Shown: piece by piece, positions 1-12,285 of the stretch
Layout: each line of letters opens with the position of its first letter
Position numbering within the stretch: position 1 is the stretch's first letter
NCBI RefSeq assembly: GCF_006345805.1
Contig: NC_042997.1
Coordinates: 88,908,001 to 88,972,000, forward strand
Length of the DNA stretch: 64,000 nt
Reading direction: 5' to 3'
Source of the DNA: Octopus sinensis
Lineage: Eukaryota
Notes under the pieces: generated by a model
Databases searched by the model: none
What the model was told of the DNA's origin: nothing
What the model saw: the letters and a program-made list of their open reading frames with translations, nothing else
Made by a program: the position numbers and the translations under genes

Positions 1-81
<81 letters not shown>
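1..81. repeat. (TA)n microsatellite
   Basis: Pure TA run from the window start. Confidence 0.98.
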
Positions 82-84
<3 letters not shown>

Positions 85-924
85 TAAGGAAAATTTTTTT
101 TAAAAATGCAGAATGCTCAAATGAAAGAAAATTTTAATTAAATGAGAAAATGATAAAATATATAAATATATATTTATTCAACCGGTTTTCGTCATGGTAT
201 GACTTGTCAAGAATATTTATGTTTTAAGAAGTTTTTTTAAAAATTAGAAAGGGGAAAAAAAGAAAATTGCATTGTTTTTTGTAAAAGAATAATGATAAAA
301 ATGTACAAAAATTAAAAAATAAGTTCTCCGATACATTGTGAGTTCGTTGTGTATCTTGAGTTTTATGGTTGTTTACGAAAAAATTACCTTGAGGTGTTAA
401 GATCCAAAGGGATTAAGAGCATGTGTTGTGTTGTGTTGTTAAATTCAGTATGTTTGCATGACAGGAAGTAGTAGTAATTGTGGTCCTGGTTCTTCAGTTC
501 CACACAGGAACTGAAGAACCAGGACCACAATTACTACTACTTCCTGTCATGCAAACATACTGAATTTAACAACACAACACAACACATGCTCTTAATCCCT
601 TTGGATCTTAACACCTCAAGGTAATTTTTTCGTAAACAACCATAAAACTCAAGATACACAACGAACTCACAATGTATCGGAGAACTTATTTTTTAATTTT
701 TGTACATTTTTATCATTATTCTTTTACAAAAACAATGCAATTTTCTTTTTTTCCCCTTTCTAATTTTTAAAAAAACTTCTTAAAACATAAATATTCTTGA
801 CAAGTCATACAATGACGAAAACCGGTTGAATAAATATATATTTATATATTTTATCATTTTATCATTTTATTAAAATTTTCTTTCATTTGAGCATTCTGCA
901 TTTAAAAAAAAAATTTCCTTACTT
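82..924. repeat. Long palindrome (~420-bp arms, 5-nt spacer ACACA at 502-506), probably the inverted 3' end/pseudo-LTR of a Penelope-like element
   Basis: Arm 82-501 is the reverse complement of 507-924 apart from a handful of substitutions and 1-nt indels. Each arm carries a minimal hammerhead-like motif. The palindrome is directly visible; the PLE origin is inferred. Confidence 0.85.
792..832 (+). ncRNA. Minimal type I hammerhead-like motif, U3-A8 variant (mirror copy on minus strand at 175-215)
   Basis: Stem I TATTC(792-796)/GAATA(828-832); core TTGACAA; stem II GTCAT-ACA-ATGAC; GAAAA; palindromic stem III ACCGGT; N17=T827. It has one extra A compared with the canonical GAAA box. Confidence 0.55.
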
Positions 925-969
925 ATCATTTCTCCACGTGCGGTCAACACAACCCACCATTTATTGATC

Positions 970-1007
<38 letters not shown>

Positions 1008-1243
1008 ATAAATTATAGATGTTATTACAATACAATAGTATTATTTTCAGTGAAGCTTTACATAGAGTCATATGGTTATTAACTGCTATTTCCAGTAAAA
1101 ATTGGCACCTTGTACCACTATTTCGAAAATCGATAAAGGTGTTGTTCATCGCTTTTTCAGTCTGCGGAGAAATGGCTAAAATTTGCCCTCTTCATAATTA
1201 TGCCATATGTTATATATTATATATATATATATATATAATATAT

Positions 1244-1287
<44 letters not shown>

Positions 1288-1299
1288 ATATATACATAC

Positions 1300-1332
<33 letters not shown>

Positions 1333-1581
1333 TGTATGTATGTATGTATGTATGTATGTATGTATGTATATATATAATGGGTGGTTTGCTGATTGCATCC
1401 CTGAAGACTAGACCGAAAAGAAGGACTCAGAATACGAGACCAATTTATGTAAGTATATACATGACTGTTGTGCTGTTATTTCGATGCTTATGCATTTCTT
1501 TCAAAGATGTATCTTTAATATACGTATATGTTGAAACAATCGCACAACTTTCAGGTACATATGCATGCATATGTATGCATG

Positions 1582-1637
<56 letters not shown>

Positions 1638-2386
1638 AATGAAAAATGCAGTAACATCAAAAGATTCGAACATTTAAGTATTCATGTGTGTGTGTGTGTA
1701 TGTGCGTGTCTGTGTCTGTATGTGTGTGCGTGTGTGTCTTTATATGTGTGTATGTGTGTTTGTGTGTGTGTTTGTGTGTGTGTGCGTGTGTGTGTGTGCG
1801 CGTGTGTGTGTTTGTGCGTTTGTGTCAATGTGTGTGCCATTATGTAATATATAGTTACGTCACAGTCATCAACTATCTCTGAGATGTTTTGTTATTTCTC
1901 CATCAGAAATTAAATCGGTTGGGAAAATAAATTACGTTTTTTGTATTTTTCCAACTGTTTTAGTTCATCCATGATTTTATCCAAATACACAATTGCAGTC
2001 ATAAAAATACCGATTATCCAAGAAACAATGATCGACTTGGCTTATTATTGTTGTTGTTGTTATTATTATTATTATTAATATTATTATTATTTTTACTATT
2101 ATTATGTTATTTTAAATTTAAATTATTTTCAGATGCCTTCCTCAACGTATTCTTATTTCCACAACTAAATACGACCAGTTTTTAATATGTTACATCGATA
2201 AAGTTCACACGCATTTTCTTTTTCAAGGATGTTCCCAGTATCACAACGTATTCCAATATTCCAATTCAATGATTCGATGATGTTTGGGGCAAAAGATATT
2301 TTATATACTTTGCGAGTTCTAATTTTAATTATACATACATGTGTGTGCGTGTGTGTGGGTGTGTGTGTATGTATATACTATGTATT

Positions 2387-2482
<96 letters not shown>

Positions 2483-3080
2483 TATATATATGGCATCTGT
2501 TTTCTTTTTCACTGATGTTTCAATATATGATTCTCTCAAGAGAAAGTGAGGGCGGGGGTAAATAATTGCAAAGCAGAAATCAAACATTTTGTTAGTATTT
2601 CTGTTAGTGATTTGGTGTGGTGTGAGAATAAATAACATTAAATTGTAGAAAGACGAACAGACAGCTGTAGTTTTTAAACTTCAGTGCCGTAGTTGAAAAA
2701 AAAAATTAAAATGGCGAAACCGAGATGAAATTAATGGACAAAAGCAGTGATATAGGGTTTATCTTTTGTGGTTTTTTTTTGGCTGTTTTTCTTTGTTTTT
2801 TCTTTCCGCTTATTTTCACTCTCACTCCTCCGTTCTTTCATATTTCCTGTGAGATTGCCGGCATTCAAACCATTACATAAACCAACCTTAGTAAGTCCAG
2901 ATTATTTACAAACCCATCTCTCGGTCATCATGTGGTTGTTTTTTTTTTTCTTTTTGATATCTTTAAGTTTCTATTAGAAAATGAATGAAATGTTGTTGAT
3001 GTAGAAGAGGTATATAAATTGATGGTAGATTGGTGTTTAACAAACAATGGCAGGGTGTATGTGTACGTATGTATGTTTAA

Positions 3081-3127
<47 letters not shown>

Positions 3128-3131
3128 CGCT

Positions 3132-3330
3132 TTAATAGCACTCCTGTAACTTGATTTTAGCTGTCAGCTGGGTGCCATATGTACGACATTTTCCCCACCA
3201 GGATCGCTCCACGCAGTATTTTTCTTTGGTGAAGACAAAACACCGAGAGCCAAGGAAATCAAAGTAGATACGTCCAATGAGATGGGTTATCGAAGAGTTG
3301 CTGGAAACTTTCTTCAAACAATTACGGAAC
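3132..3330 (-). CDS. Terminal exon of a group III (bee-venom/PLA2G3-type) secreted phospholipase A2
   Basis: Acceptor ttttatatttttcag| then phase-2 FRNCLKKVSSNSSITHLIGRIYFDFLGSRCFVFTKEKYCVERSWWGKCRTYGTQLTAKIKLQECY*. The F..CL...G..YF..L...CF.....C..W/S.W.G.C..YG pattern matches the group III sPLA2 C-terminal half as I recall it. Confidence 0.85.
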
Positions 3331-3829
3331 CTGAAAAATATAAAAATATGCACGTTAAATATATATATATGAATTGATAGAGAATTTCTATTAACAAAGA
3401 ATCAAAATTAGGGAGCTTGTTAAATTTCTTTCAAGTTTTGTCAAATTTTTGAGAATAATCAGAAATTTTCATCTGATTTTGAGAATAATCAGAAATATTC
3501 ATCTGATTCTTCTCAAAAAGTATAGTTCTGATGTAAGTTTTGAATTTTGTTGACGAAAATTGCTTCCAATTAAGAATATAGTGGTTACACGCATTGAATG
3601 TCATGCATTTTTAGCTAGTCGGCAACCTCTATTTGGCAGCACAAACTACAATTTTTTAAAATATTCTGTCGAAAATTCGGAAAACTTCAAGTAATTCAAA
3701 GAAGTTTAACATATAACTCTTCCTAACAGCAGCACTGTCAGAGTATATACATATAGGTACCAAACTGATTAAAAATCAACAACGCTCAAACTCGCGGGTA
3801 ATATGGAGCTGAATATTTACAGTTTAATG

Positions 3830-4990
3830 CTTGTAGAAGATGGTTAAAGATAGTCTCCATGTTATGCAACGGAAATGACTCTTTAGTCCAGTAAGAAATT
3901 TACAAAGACGACATGGAAACGCTTGACTTTGCTGAAAAGACTGCTGGAAATTGTTAACGTGACATTTCATGTGTCTTGTCAACCCAGATTTACTTCTGCA
4001 GATTTTATTGTAAACAGAGCAAGGATAATTCATCGGATTGTGACTGTCAAAAGTCAGTAGGGGGTCTAAGATAAGTGTTTCCAATTATGACTGACTAGTC
4101 CAGTTTGGGAGAAATAAATACTGTTGCAGGTATCACAGGATGAGAAGGATCAATGGCCACAAGCAAACCCTTTCTTGCCTCTCTTTTTATAAGTGCATGC
4201 TCCTGCTTATTATCTTCAAACAAGACAGCACCTTCTCTGATTTTCTCCTCCATTTTGGTCGATTCATTGCACCGCTCTCCCAGTCTGCAGACATCATTTT
4301 GAAATTCTTTTGCGAATTACTAATTAAATCTATGAAACGCATTTTTGGTTTACATTGAGGTCTCTTTGCTTCTTTTATCTGACCGCTACAATTGTTTGGG
4401 TATGTTTTGATCAAATTCCTTTATTAGATGGCCATTCAAGCGAAGTCTGTGTCGATGAATTTCAGCTTCAATGCCAAACACACTAGCATATTCAAGTACT
4501 TCAGAATCCGTTACTTTGTGCACCTTTATCTACTACCCTTGTCATTCATGAATAAAGAAGGGATGAAAGTACACAAGCTCTGTATACTACATTCTTTATG
4601 TTTAAAGTGAGTACTTGATATAAGGAAGTCCATCTCAGTGCAAATTTGATGGAGTAACAAACTATTAACGCCATTTATTTAACCCTATACGTTCCAAAAT
4701 ATTTCCATATTGTCCAATCGGTGCAAACTCTAGTATTAAAGTTACCATGCAAAATAGTTTTATCAGAATTGGCTATACCATGCAAACACTCTTTTAAAGC
4801 TTCCTAATATTCGAGATTGATTCTTCACTGCTATCTAAAGTCGGTACATATGTACTTGTAATTGTTGCATGGCAATCATCTCTTAATTTCATGCGTAGAG
4901 CCATGTTTCTCTCATTAATACCCTTTGGTAAGGCGCTCAACTTTGACACTAAGTTATTTTTAATGGTAAATACCGCACCCGCTTCCATGC
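3830..4990 (-). mobile_element. Internally deleted RTE-BovB-clade LINE (APE fragment fused to C-terminus with zinc fingers)
   Basis: AGAVFTIKNNLVSKLSALPKGINER...STYVPTLDSSEE (APE), KRPQCKPKMRFIDL...NRPKWRRK (RTE C-terminus) and CSVYNKICRSKSGLTRHMKCH (C2H2-like). Many stops and frameshifts. Confidence 0.85.
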
Positions 4991-5005
4991 ACTACATATA
5001 AATAT

Positions 5006-5045
<40 letters not shown>

Positions 5046-5323
5046 TAAATCCAAACAAAGAAGAACAAACATGAAAAAACAACAACGCGAGGATGTGGTA
5101 CAAGTAATGTATTATCAGACGCTCAGGAAAGGAAAGAAAGAGGATTTAACACTTCGAGCAAAGTTCTTCAGAAATAGAGGAAAGTCCAAAAGAAGGGAAG
5201 ACGGAGGAAGAAAATCGCCAACGATTCACACATGGTTACATTTTGAAAAAAACGTATGTATGTATGCATGCATGTATGTATAGAAATATATACAGTATAT
5301 AGTATATATATTATATATATAAT

Positions 5324-5382
<59 letters not shown>

Positions 5383-6745
5383 GTATTGTATGTAGGTATG
5401 TAGTATGTATGTGTATATGTGTGTGTGCGTGTAGTTTTTCTTGACCGCCTCACATGTATAACCCACGCTACTAAAAGTTTCACGCGCATGGAACCCATGT
5501 AAGTTCTTAAGGCGGCAGCCATACCATCGGACTTAAGCAATTCAAATACTGGACCGAATAAAAAAAAAACGGGGTGAAAGAAACCAAATATTGGAACGGA
5601 TTATGTGGATTATGTGGATTATGTGGAAGATACAATTAAGCTGAATACGCAGGCTGTAAATCTCGAGATGCGACGATCGAATGGTGTAAAATGGGATGGA
5701 AAAAGTTTTGTTGATAGAACGAGTGATAGAACAAGTGTGAGAGAAAGATTACAATTTATTTATTGAGCACGAGCACATTAAACATTCTCCTTTTCCTCAT
5801 ACACATAGAGAAATATGCTCTCACACACATACACATATTGACGAAGAGAAGGAGAGAGATAAAGAGAGAGAGAGGGGGGCGGGAAACATTAAACCCAGTA
5901 AAACATTAAATTATCAAATAAGTCAGTGTTAAATAGCGACCCCAAGAGGACGGCACCGAAACGGTTGTTTCAAAACGTCTTATACCCATTATTTCGCAAA
6001 GAATTCAACAAATCAAGCTTAACATAGTGTCTAAGTTTCTACAGATGAGTGAAGATAATTCTAGGGATTTCTAGGGATTATGTGTATCTATATATGTGAT
6101 TTATGTTTTTATATGTGTTAATGCACATGGTTATTTTGTAAGCGTTTGTCTATACTCGAATGTTTTTACACTTATGCAATGTTCATGCACGCAACTTTAG
6201 TGCAGAAATGTGTGCTTGCCTTTTTATGTGACTGTGCCGTCAATAATGACGACAAATGTATCAATTAGAGAGCAGATATTTCAATTGCTAATAAATATAG
6301 TTTTTCTTTACCGGTATGATCACTACAATTACAGTAGCTCTATATTATGTAGTATATTTTCAAAAGGGATAAAAATTGAAGACAAAACACGTTTAGAGTT
6401 TGTATTTATGTATGTGACAAAAAAAATACACTTTATCCTGCCACTCACTTTCATTTTACAGTCAATCATCCTATTTGTCTTTTACCAACTACGCCTCCTA
6501 ATCTCCTTACTGTAACAGCAAATAAATACGCGTAATATATGTGTGTGTATATAGGCTGTATGCACACATATGGTGGCGTATGTTGTGCTTTTTTTGAGTG
6601 TGTGTGTGTGAGTGAGTGTGTGGTTGTGTGTGTGTGTATTTTATGGTGTCTATATTTACATCTTTTTAACTCTATGTAATTATTAAAAATGCACTTTATA
6701 TTAAATAGATGGATTGCAGCCAAGTGTCTTTGGTACAACCCCAAC

Positions 6746-6776
<31 letters not shown>

Positions 6777-7369
6777 AATACTATATATATATATATATAT
6801 TATATATATAATATATATATATGGGATTGTACCAAAGATACTTCATATATATATATAGATATATATATGTAGGTATATATGTAAAAAAATCTATATTTGT
6901 GTGATTATATTTGTGCATCTGTGTACAGACATCAGACCATGTCTGATGGAAATTATTAACACTTTAGCCCAAATGGCTTTCATAGTATCGACTTTTGAGC
7001 TTTGGAATAATCAACAAACCGTTTCATTACTCAGTGGCTGCTTCACTACAACATACTAAATCAACGCGCACGTACACACGCACGTATACACACGCACGCA
7101 CGCGCGTGCACACACACTTACACACACATCATAAATATTAGCATACAGAAATACATATGCATAAACTTACTTAAACAACTACATATATGCATTTAAGAAA
7201 CATACACGTATTTACAAACATATACATATATACATGTATATGTACACATATATATTTGTGTCACACGAGTATATATACATACATGTATACACACATATAC
7301 GTACATATAGATATATACATGTATATATGTATGTGTGTGTGTGTGTGCGCGCGCGTCTATATATATATA

Positions 7370-7400
<31 letters not shown>

Positions 7401-7491
7401 ATGCATACATGTATACAGACATAAGTCAATATATATGCATACACATATATAAATCAATATATATATATGTGTGTGTGGGTGTAAATATATG

Positions 7492-7547
<56 letters not shown>

Positions 7548-7995
7548 TATATATGCATATTTATTTATATAAATATGCATATATGTATGTATGTATGTAT
7601 ATGATATGTGCATATGTACACAACAACACAGACACATACATTTGTATATTAACATATACCCTTCCATTCATGTTTAGCTCAAGTCAGGACGCAGCCCCAT
7701 TCATACAATTAAACCATCGCAGATACGACCTCCCAATGCATGTACTCTTCCCTTCACATGTACACTACTCCTTCTCACGACCACCCACTCAATAACAACC
7801 ATAGATATATTTATAATTCCCCCACTCGCACTGTTTTCCCGTTTTACCCCCTATCATTCGAAATTTCTCTCTATATACCTCCTTCAATATTTTCTTCTCT
7901 CTCACCCCTCTCTCTCAATAGTTGTGTATATTAATAGTGGGTATATATATATATATAATATATATATATGTATAAATATATATATATACATATGT

Positions 7996-8026
<31 letters not shown>

Positions 8027-8283
8027 TATATACACAACACACACAGAGGTTTAAATATATATGCATACATATATTGTATATATGTATGTGTAATATATAT
8101 ATATATATATGTGTTTGTGTGTATATATATATATATGTATGTATGAACATATATATATATATATATATAATATAATATATATACATTATATATACATTCA
8201 TACATACATATATATATATACACAGACACATACATACATATATACATATATGTGTGCATATATATTTAAACGTGTGTGTGTGT

Positions 8284-8331
<48 letters not shown>

Positions 8332-8742
8332 ATGCGTGTGTGTGTGTGTGCGTGTGCGTATGCGTGTGTGTGCGTGCGTCTGTTTTCTTTCAGAACAAAA
8401 CACTGCAATTTCATTCATTCTTTCGCTTAATTAACTCTTGAAACTTTTTTCACCCTTTTTGATCAAAAAAAAAAAAAAGAATTATAATCAAAGACTTTCC
8501 CCTTCCCTTCACTAAGCCTCACGCTTTCATCTCCCTTTTCTTTCTTCGTAACGCTCTCCTACATTTTTCTCCCCGTCATTTACCACTCCCTCCCACGTCA
8601 CTCTCATACTCTGATGCACACACATATATACGCACTCTCCCGTATGCATATATGTATGTTTCTGTATATGTATGTGTGGTATGTGTGTATGTACGTGCGT
8701 GCGTGCGAGTGTGTGTGTGTATAAATATTATATATATGTGTT

Positions 8743-8773
<31 letters not shown>

Positions 8774-9099
8774 GAAATACACACACACATATATATAAAT
8801 CTATATATTGCGTATACAAATATGTATATGTTTATATATATATATACACACACACAAACATATATATACACATAACCACGCACACACACACACACACACA
8901 CACACATACATATATATATATAACATTGAAATACATAATTATGATTATCAGAAACAAAACGTATCATCGTCATCATCATCATCATTATTATCATCCTCAT
9001 CAATATCATCATAATTGTCATTATCAATGTCATCATAACCACTACCACCACCAACAACAACAACACTAATGTGCTTGTATTAGACTTCATTATCGCTGT

Positions 9100-9196
<97 letters not shown>

Positions 9197-9529
9197 ATTA
9201 TTGTTATTGTTGTCGTCTGCGTTGTTGTTGTTGTTGCTGTTGTTGTTGTTGTTGTTGTTGTTTTTATGTATAATAGAATTGGTGTTCGCTTTCGTACTGC
9301 AAACCTGTTTTGTTTGTTTTGACCAAAAACAAAAACAAAGAAAGGCAACAGTTATAACAACTACTGGCTGTACTATTATTACCGACTCTGTTTCTACTGT
9401 TGCTGGAAGCACTTAGTCGAAAACCTAACAAGACAGCCAAACCCAAACTTCCAACACAAGCACTCTACAGTAATGTTGGTAACAATGACAAGCTTACAAG
9501 AGAACCAAAAATTACCTTAATCTTTTAAA

Positions 9530-9597
9530 TTGTGCGGCCCTTCTGATGATTAACTGCGACCCGCTTCTCATAAAAGGTTGCCCATGCCTACTCTATG
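9530..9597 (-). mobile_element. Possible hAT-type DNA transposon terminus
   Basis: Reverse complement begins TAGGCATGGGCAACCTTTT...GCGGGTCGC, resembling hAT/Charlie-like ends. No partner end was found. Confidence 0.3.
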
Positions 9598-9656
9598 TAG
9601 TCACTTAACCTGCTATAAATACCAGCTATAATCCTTGAAATTATATACCATTACCA

Positions 9657-9819
9657 GGTGCAGGAGTGGCTGTATGGTAAGTAGCTTGCTTACCAACCAC
9701 ATGGTTCCGAGCACCTTGGGCAAGTGTCTACTGCTATAGCCTCGGGCTGACCAAAGCTTTGTGAGTAGATTCGGTAGTCGGAATATGAAAGAAGCCCGTC
9801 GTATATATGTATATGTGTG

Positions 9820-9864
<45 letters not shown>

Positions 9865-10070
9865 CGCCCACCCCAACATCGCTCGACAACCGATGCTGGT
9901 GTGTTTACGTCCCCGTAACTTAGCGGTTCGGCAAAAGAGACCGATAGAATAAGTACTTGGCTTACAAAGAATAAGTCCTGAGGGTGAATTTGCTCGACTA
10001 AAGGTGGTGCTCCAGCATGGTCGCAAATGACTGAAACAAAGATGATTGTAAAAGAGTATAAAGAGTAAAG
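9657..10070 (+). mobile_element. tRNA-derived SINE family A (CORE-like), with deletion in the head
   Basis: A-box TGGCTGTATGG, CCTTGGGCAAGTGTC segment, internal TA/TG microsatellite and the shared tail GCTCCAGCATGG...AATGACTGAAAC. Confidence 0.85.
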
Positions 10071-10312
10071 AATATTACAAAAATGAAGGTCGCACTCCTA
10101 AATATATAAAAAAATGGATTAGTTGTGATTGGAACGCTTTTGATTTTAGATCTGCTTCATCATAGCTGACCAGAGGCTAAACAACAACAAAAATGACAAT
10201 AAATACGCCAAGAGCGAAAACCAACAGCAGAGCCACTAAACGGTCACTTTGACTTTCTAGTAATGACGGCTAATTTCCCTCGAACCGTCTTTTCAAAGAA
10301 TCTTATATATAA

Positions 10313-10610
10313 CTAGCAGTATCACCCGGCGTTGCTCGGGTTTGTAAGGGAAATAACTATATAAGCATTTTTAGAGAGTTACTTCCCTTATATAATAGCA
10401 AAAAATGCATTAAAAATGGGAAAAAATTATGGTAAATTTTTTTTTAAATCGTAGACTCAGCGTAGACGCGCGCTAATACCCAGAAGGGCTCGATATGAAT
10501 CACGACTATAAGATACCCGCTTTTGGTTAAACTGCACCGCAAAATGTGGGAGTAGTTAGGAATCTAAATCGTAGGAGACAGACACACAACTTCACTTTTA
10601 TATATAAAGA
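10313..10610 (-). mobile_element. Non-autonomous Helitron
   Basis: Minus strand reads a|TC...CCCGAGCAACGCCGGG hairpin...CTAG|t. Termini are shared with 57571-57958. Confidence 0.8.
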
Positions 10611-10937
10611 TAAAGCTCAATGTGAGTTGGTCACGTTAGAGGGAAAGAAGAGTAAAACAATTATCAAAGTGGGAGTGAGCGAGTGTGAGAGGCGCTAAAA
10701 GGCGGGCAAACAGCTTTCAAAGGTTTTGCTTTGAAGACGTTGATATTTTATAAGAAAAAGAAAATGGAAATTTTTATCGTAAATTGTATTTACTTTATCA
10801 GTTTCAACACGCACACATACACACACACACAAACATACACACACAAACAAATATATATATATATGAAATTTAATATTAAACACTTTGTTTTCAAAATATT
10901 ATCGTTCACATAACATCAATATACAAATGAAAGTATA

Positions 10938-11220
10938 TATTGAGACCCCACTTCGGTCATGACTAACCGTGGGATTGTACCTAGGAAGTTACCCTCCCAG
11001 GCACAAGTCCGGGTAAGTTGTTTATGGAAGACCAGCAGTCGCCCATGCATACCGGCCTCCCCTCTCCACACCACCAGTGATATCCAAGGGAAAGGCAACG
11101 GTCGATACAGCTTGGCACCTGTGACGTCGCAACTCATTTCTACAGCTGAGTGAACTGGAGTAACGTGGAATAAAGTGTCTTGCTCAAGAACACAACACGC
11201 AGCCCGGTCCTGGATTCAAA
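10938..11220 (-). mobile_element. tRNA-derived SINE family C, head-truncated
   Basis: Reverse complement TTTGAATCCAGGACCGGGCTGCGTGTTGTGTTCTTGAGCAAGACAC...CCAGTTCACTCAGCTG matches the head and core of 36522-36768 but has a different 3' half. Confidence 0.7.
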
Positions 11221-11289
11221 ATAGAAAGACGTGATTTATGTCGCAGCCTTTTTGCTTCTGAATAGTGTTTAAAGCTTGCCCTATTTTTA

Positions 11290-12085
11290 TAGGGAGTTCA
11301 TGTCTCAGATTAAAGAGAAGACAGACAGGGAAAAAAGATGGCTGCTGATGACTAAAAGTAATAACCAGAAACGGAGGCTCTAATCTGTGCTGCCCAAGAG
11401 CAGGCGCTAAGAACAAACTACATAAAATATAGAATAGACAACACAACAGAAAGTGATAAGTGCAGAATCTGTGGACAAAACGGTGAAACTGTACGGCATA
11501 TTACCAGCCAATGTACGCCACTAGTTCAGAAGGAATATTAGAGGCACCACGATAATATAGCCAGGCTTGTTCATTGGACACTTTGCAACAAGTATGGATT
11601 TCACAGAGCAAAAAATTGGTACGACCACAAACCTGAAGGCATCGTTGAAAATAGAAATGCAAAGATCCTATGGAATTTTATGATTCAGTGCGACCATGAG
11701 ATAGAGAATAGGAAGCCGGACATAGTCTTAATTGAGAAAGAAAACAAACTATGCTGGATCATAGATATAGCATACCCAGCTGACAACTAAGTATGCGATA
11801 AGGAAGAAAGAAAAGTCGAGTGATATGACAGGTTAGCTTGGGAAGTTAAGCAGCTGTGGTCGATAAAAAAAGGTATCAGTAGTACCAATAATTGTCGGAG
11901 CCCTGGGAACAATGAGCAAAAATTTCGAGAAGTACGTGGAACAAATAGGGGCTGCAATAAGGGTGAAGCACTTGCAATAAACAGCACTGCTTGGAACCGC
12001 TCGAATACTCCGGAAGGTGCTCGAAAAATAAGAGGTGTTACCTTAGTTCACTGGTAGTGAACAGCGTTAGAAGCTATGTAAAGGC
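11290..12085 (+). mobile_element. 3' fragment of an R4/Dong-type RLE non-LTR retrotransposon
   Basis: ETEALICAAQEQALRTN...CRICG...ETVRHITSQC (CCHC), HHD, NRKPDIV...IIDIA (REL endonuclease), VPIIVGALG, TALLGTARILRKVLE*. A short 3' UTR is followed by (AAT)3(GAT)n. Confidence 0.9.
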
Positions 12086-12250
12086 AATAATAATGATGAT
12101 GATGATGATGATAACATTTTAACTGTTCTCAGTGCATTTTCAACTTCGATTTTCTTATATTTCAGATGATTTGGTTTGTAGACGTGCTGCTCTTATTTAT
12201 GCATGCACGTTTAAATGACTGTGGCTCTGTACGAGTGTGTTTATGTATGT

Positions 12251-12285
<35 letters not shown>

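Noticed and set aside
5455-5549. Minus-strand 95-nt segment with acceptor and GTGAGG donor (FELLKSDGMAAALRTYMGSMRVKLLVAWVIH) as the upstream PLA2 exon
   Set aside because: No PLA2 motif, and it ends in phase 0 while the terminal exon needs phase 2. It remains an unsupported pseudo-exon.
5593-5630. GGATTATGT x3 and similar tiny tandem repeats (6057, 3447-3510)
   Set aside because: Ordinary local slippage duplications; no unique spacers, so not CRISPR-like.
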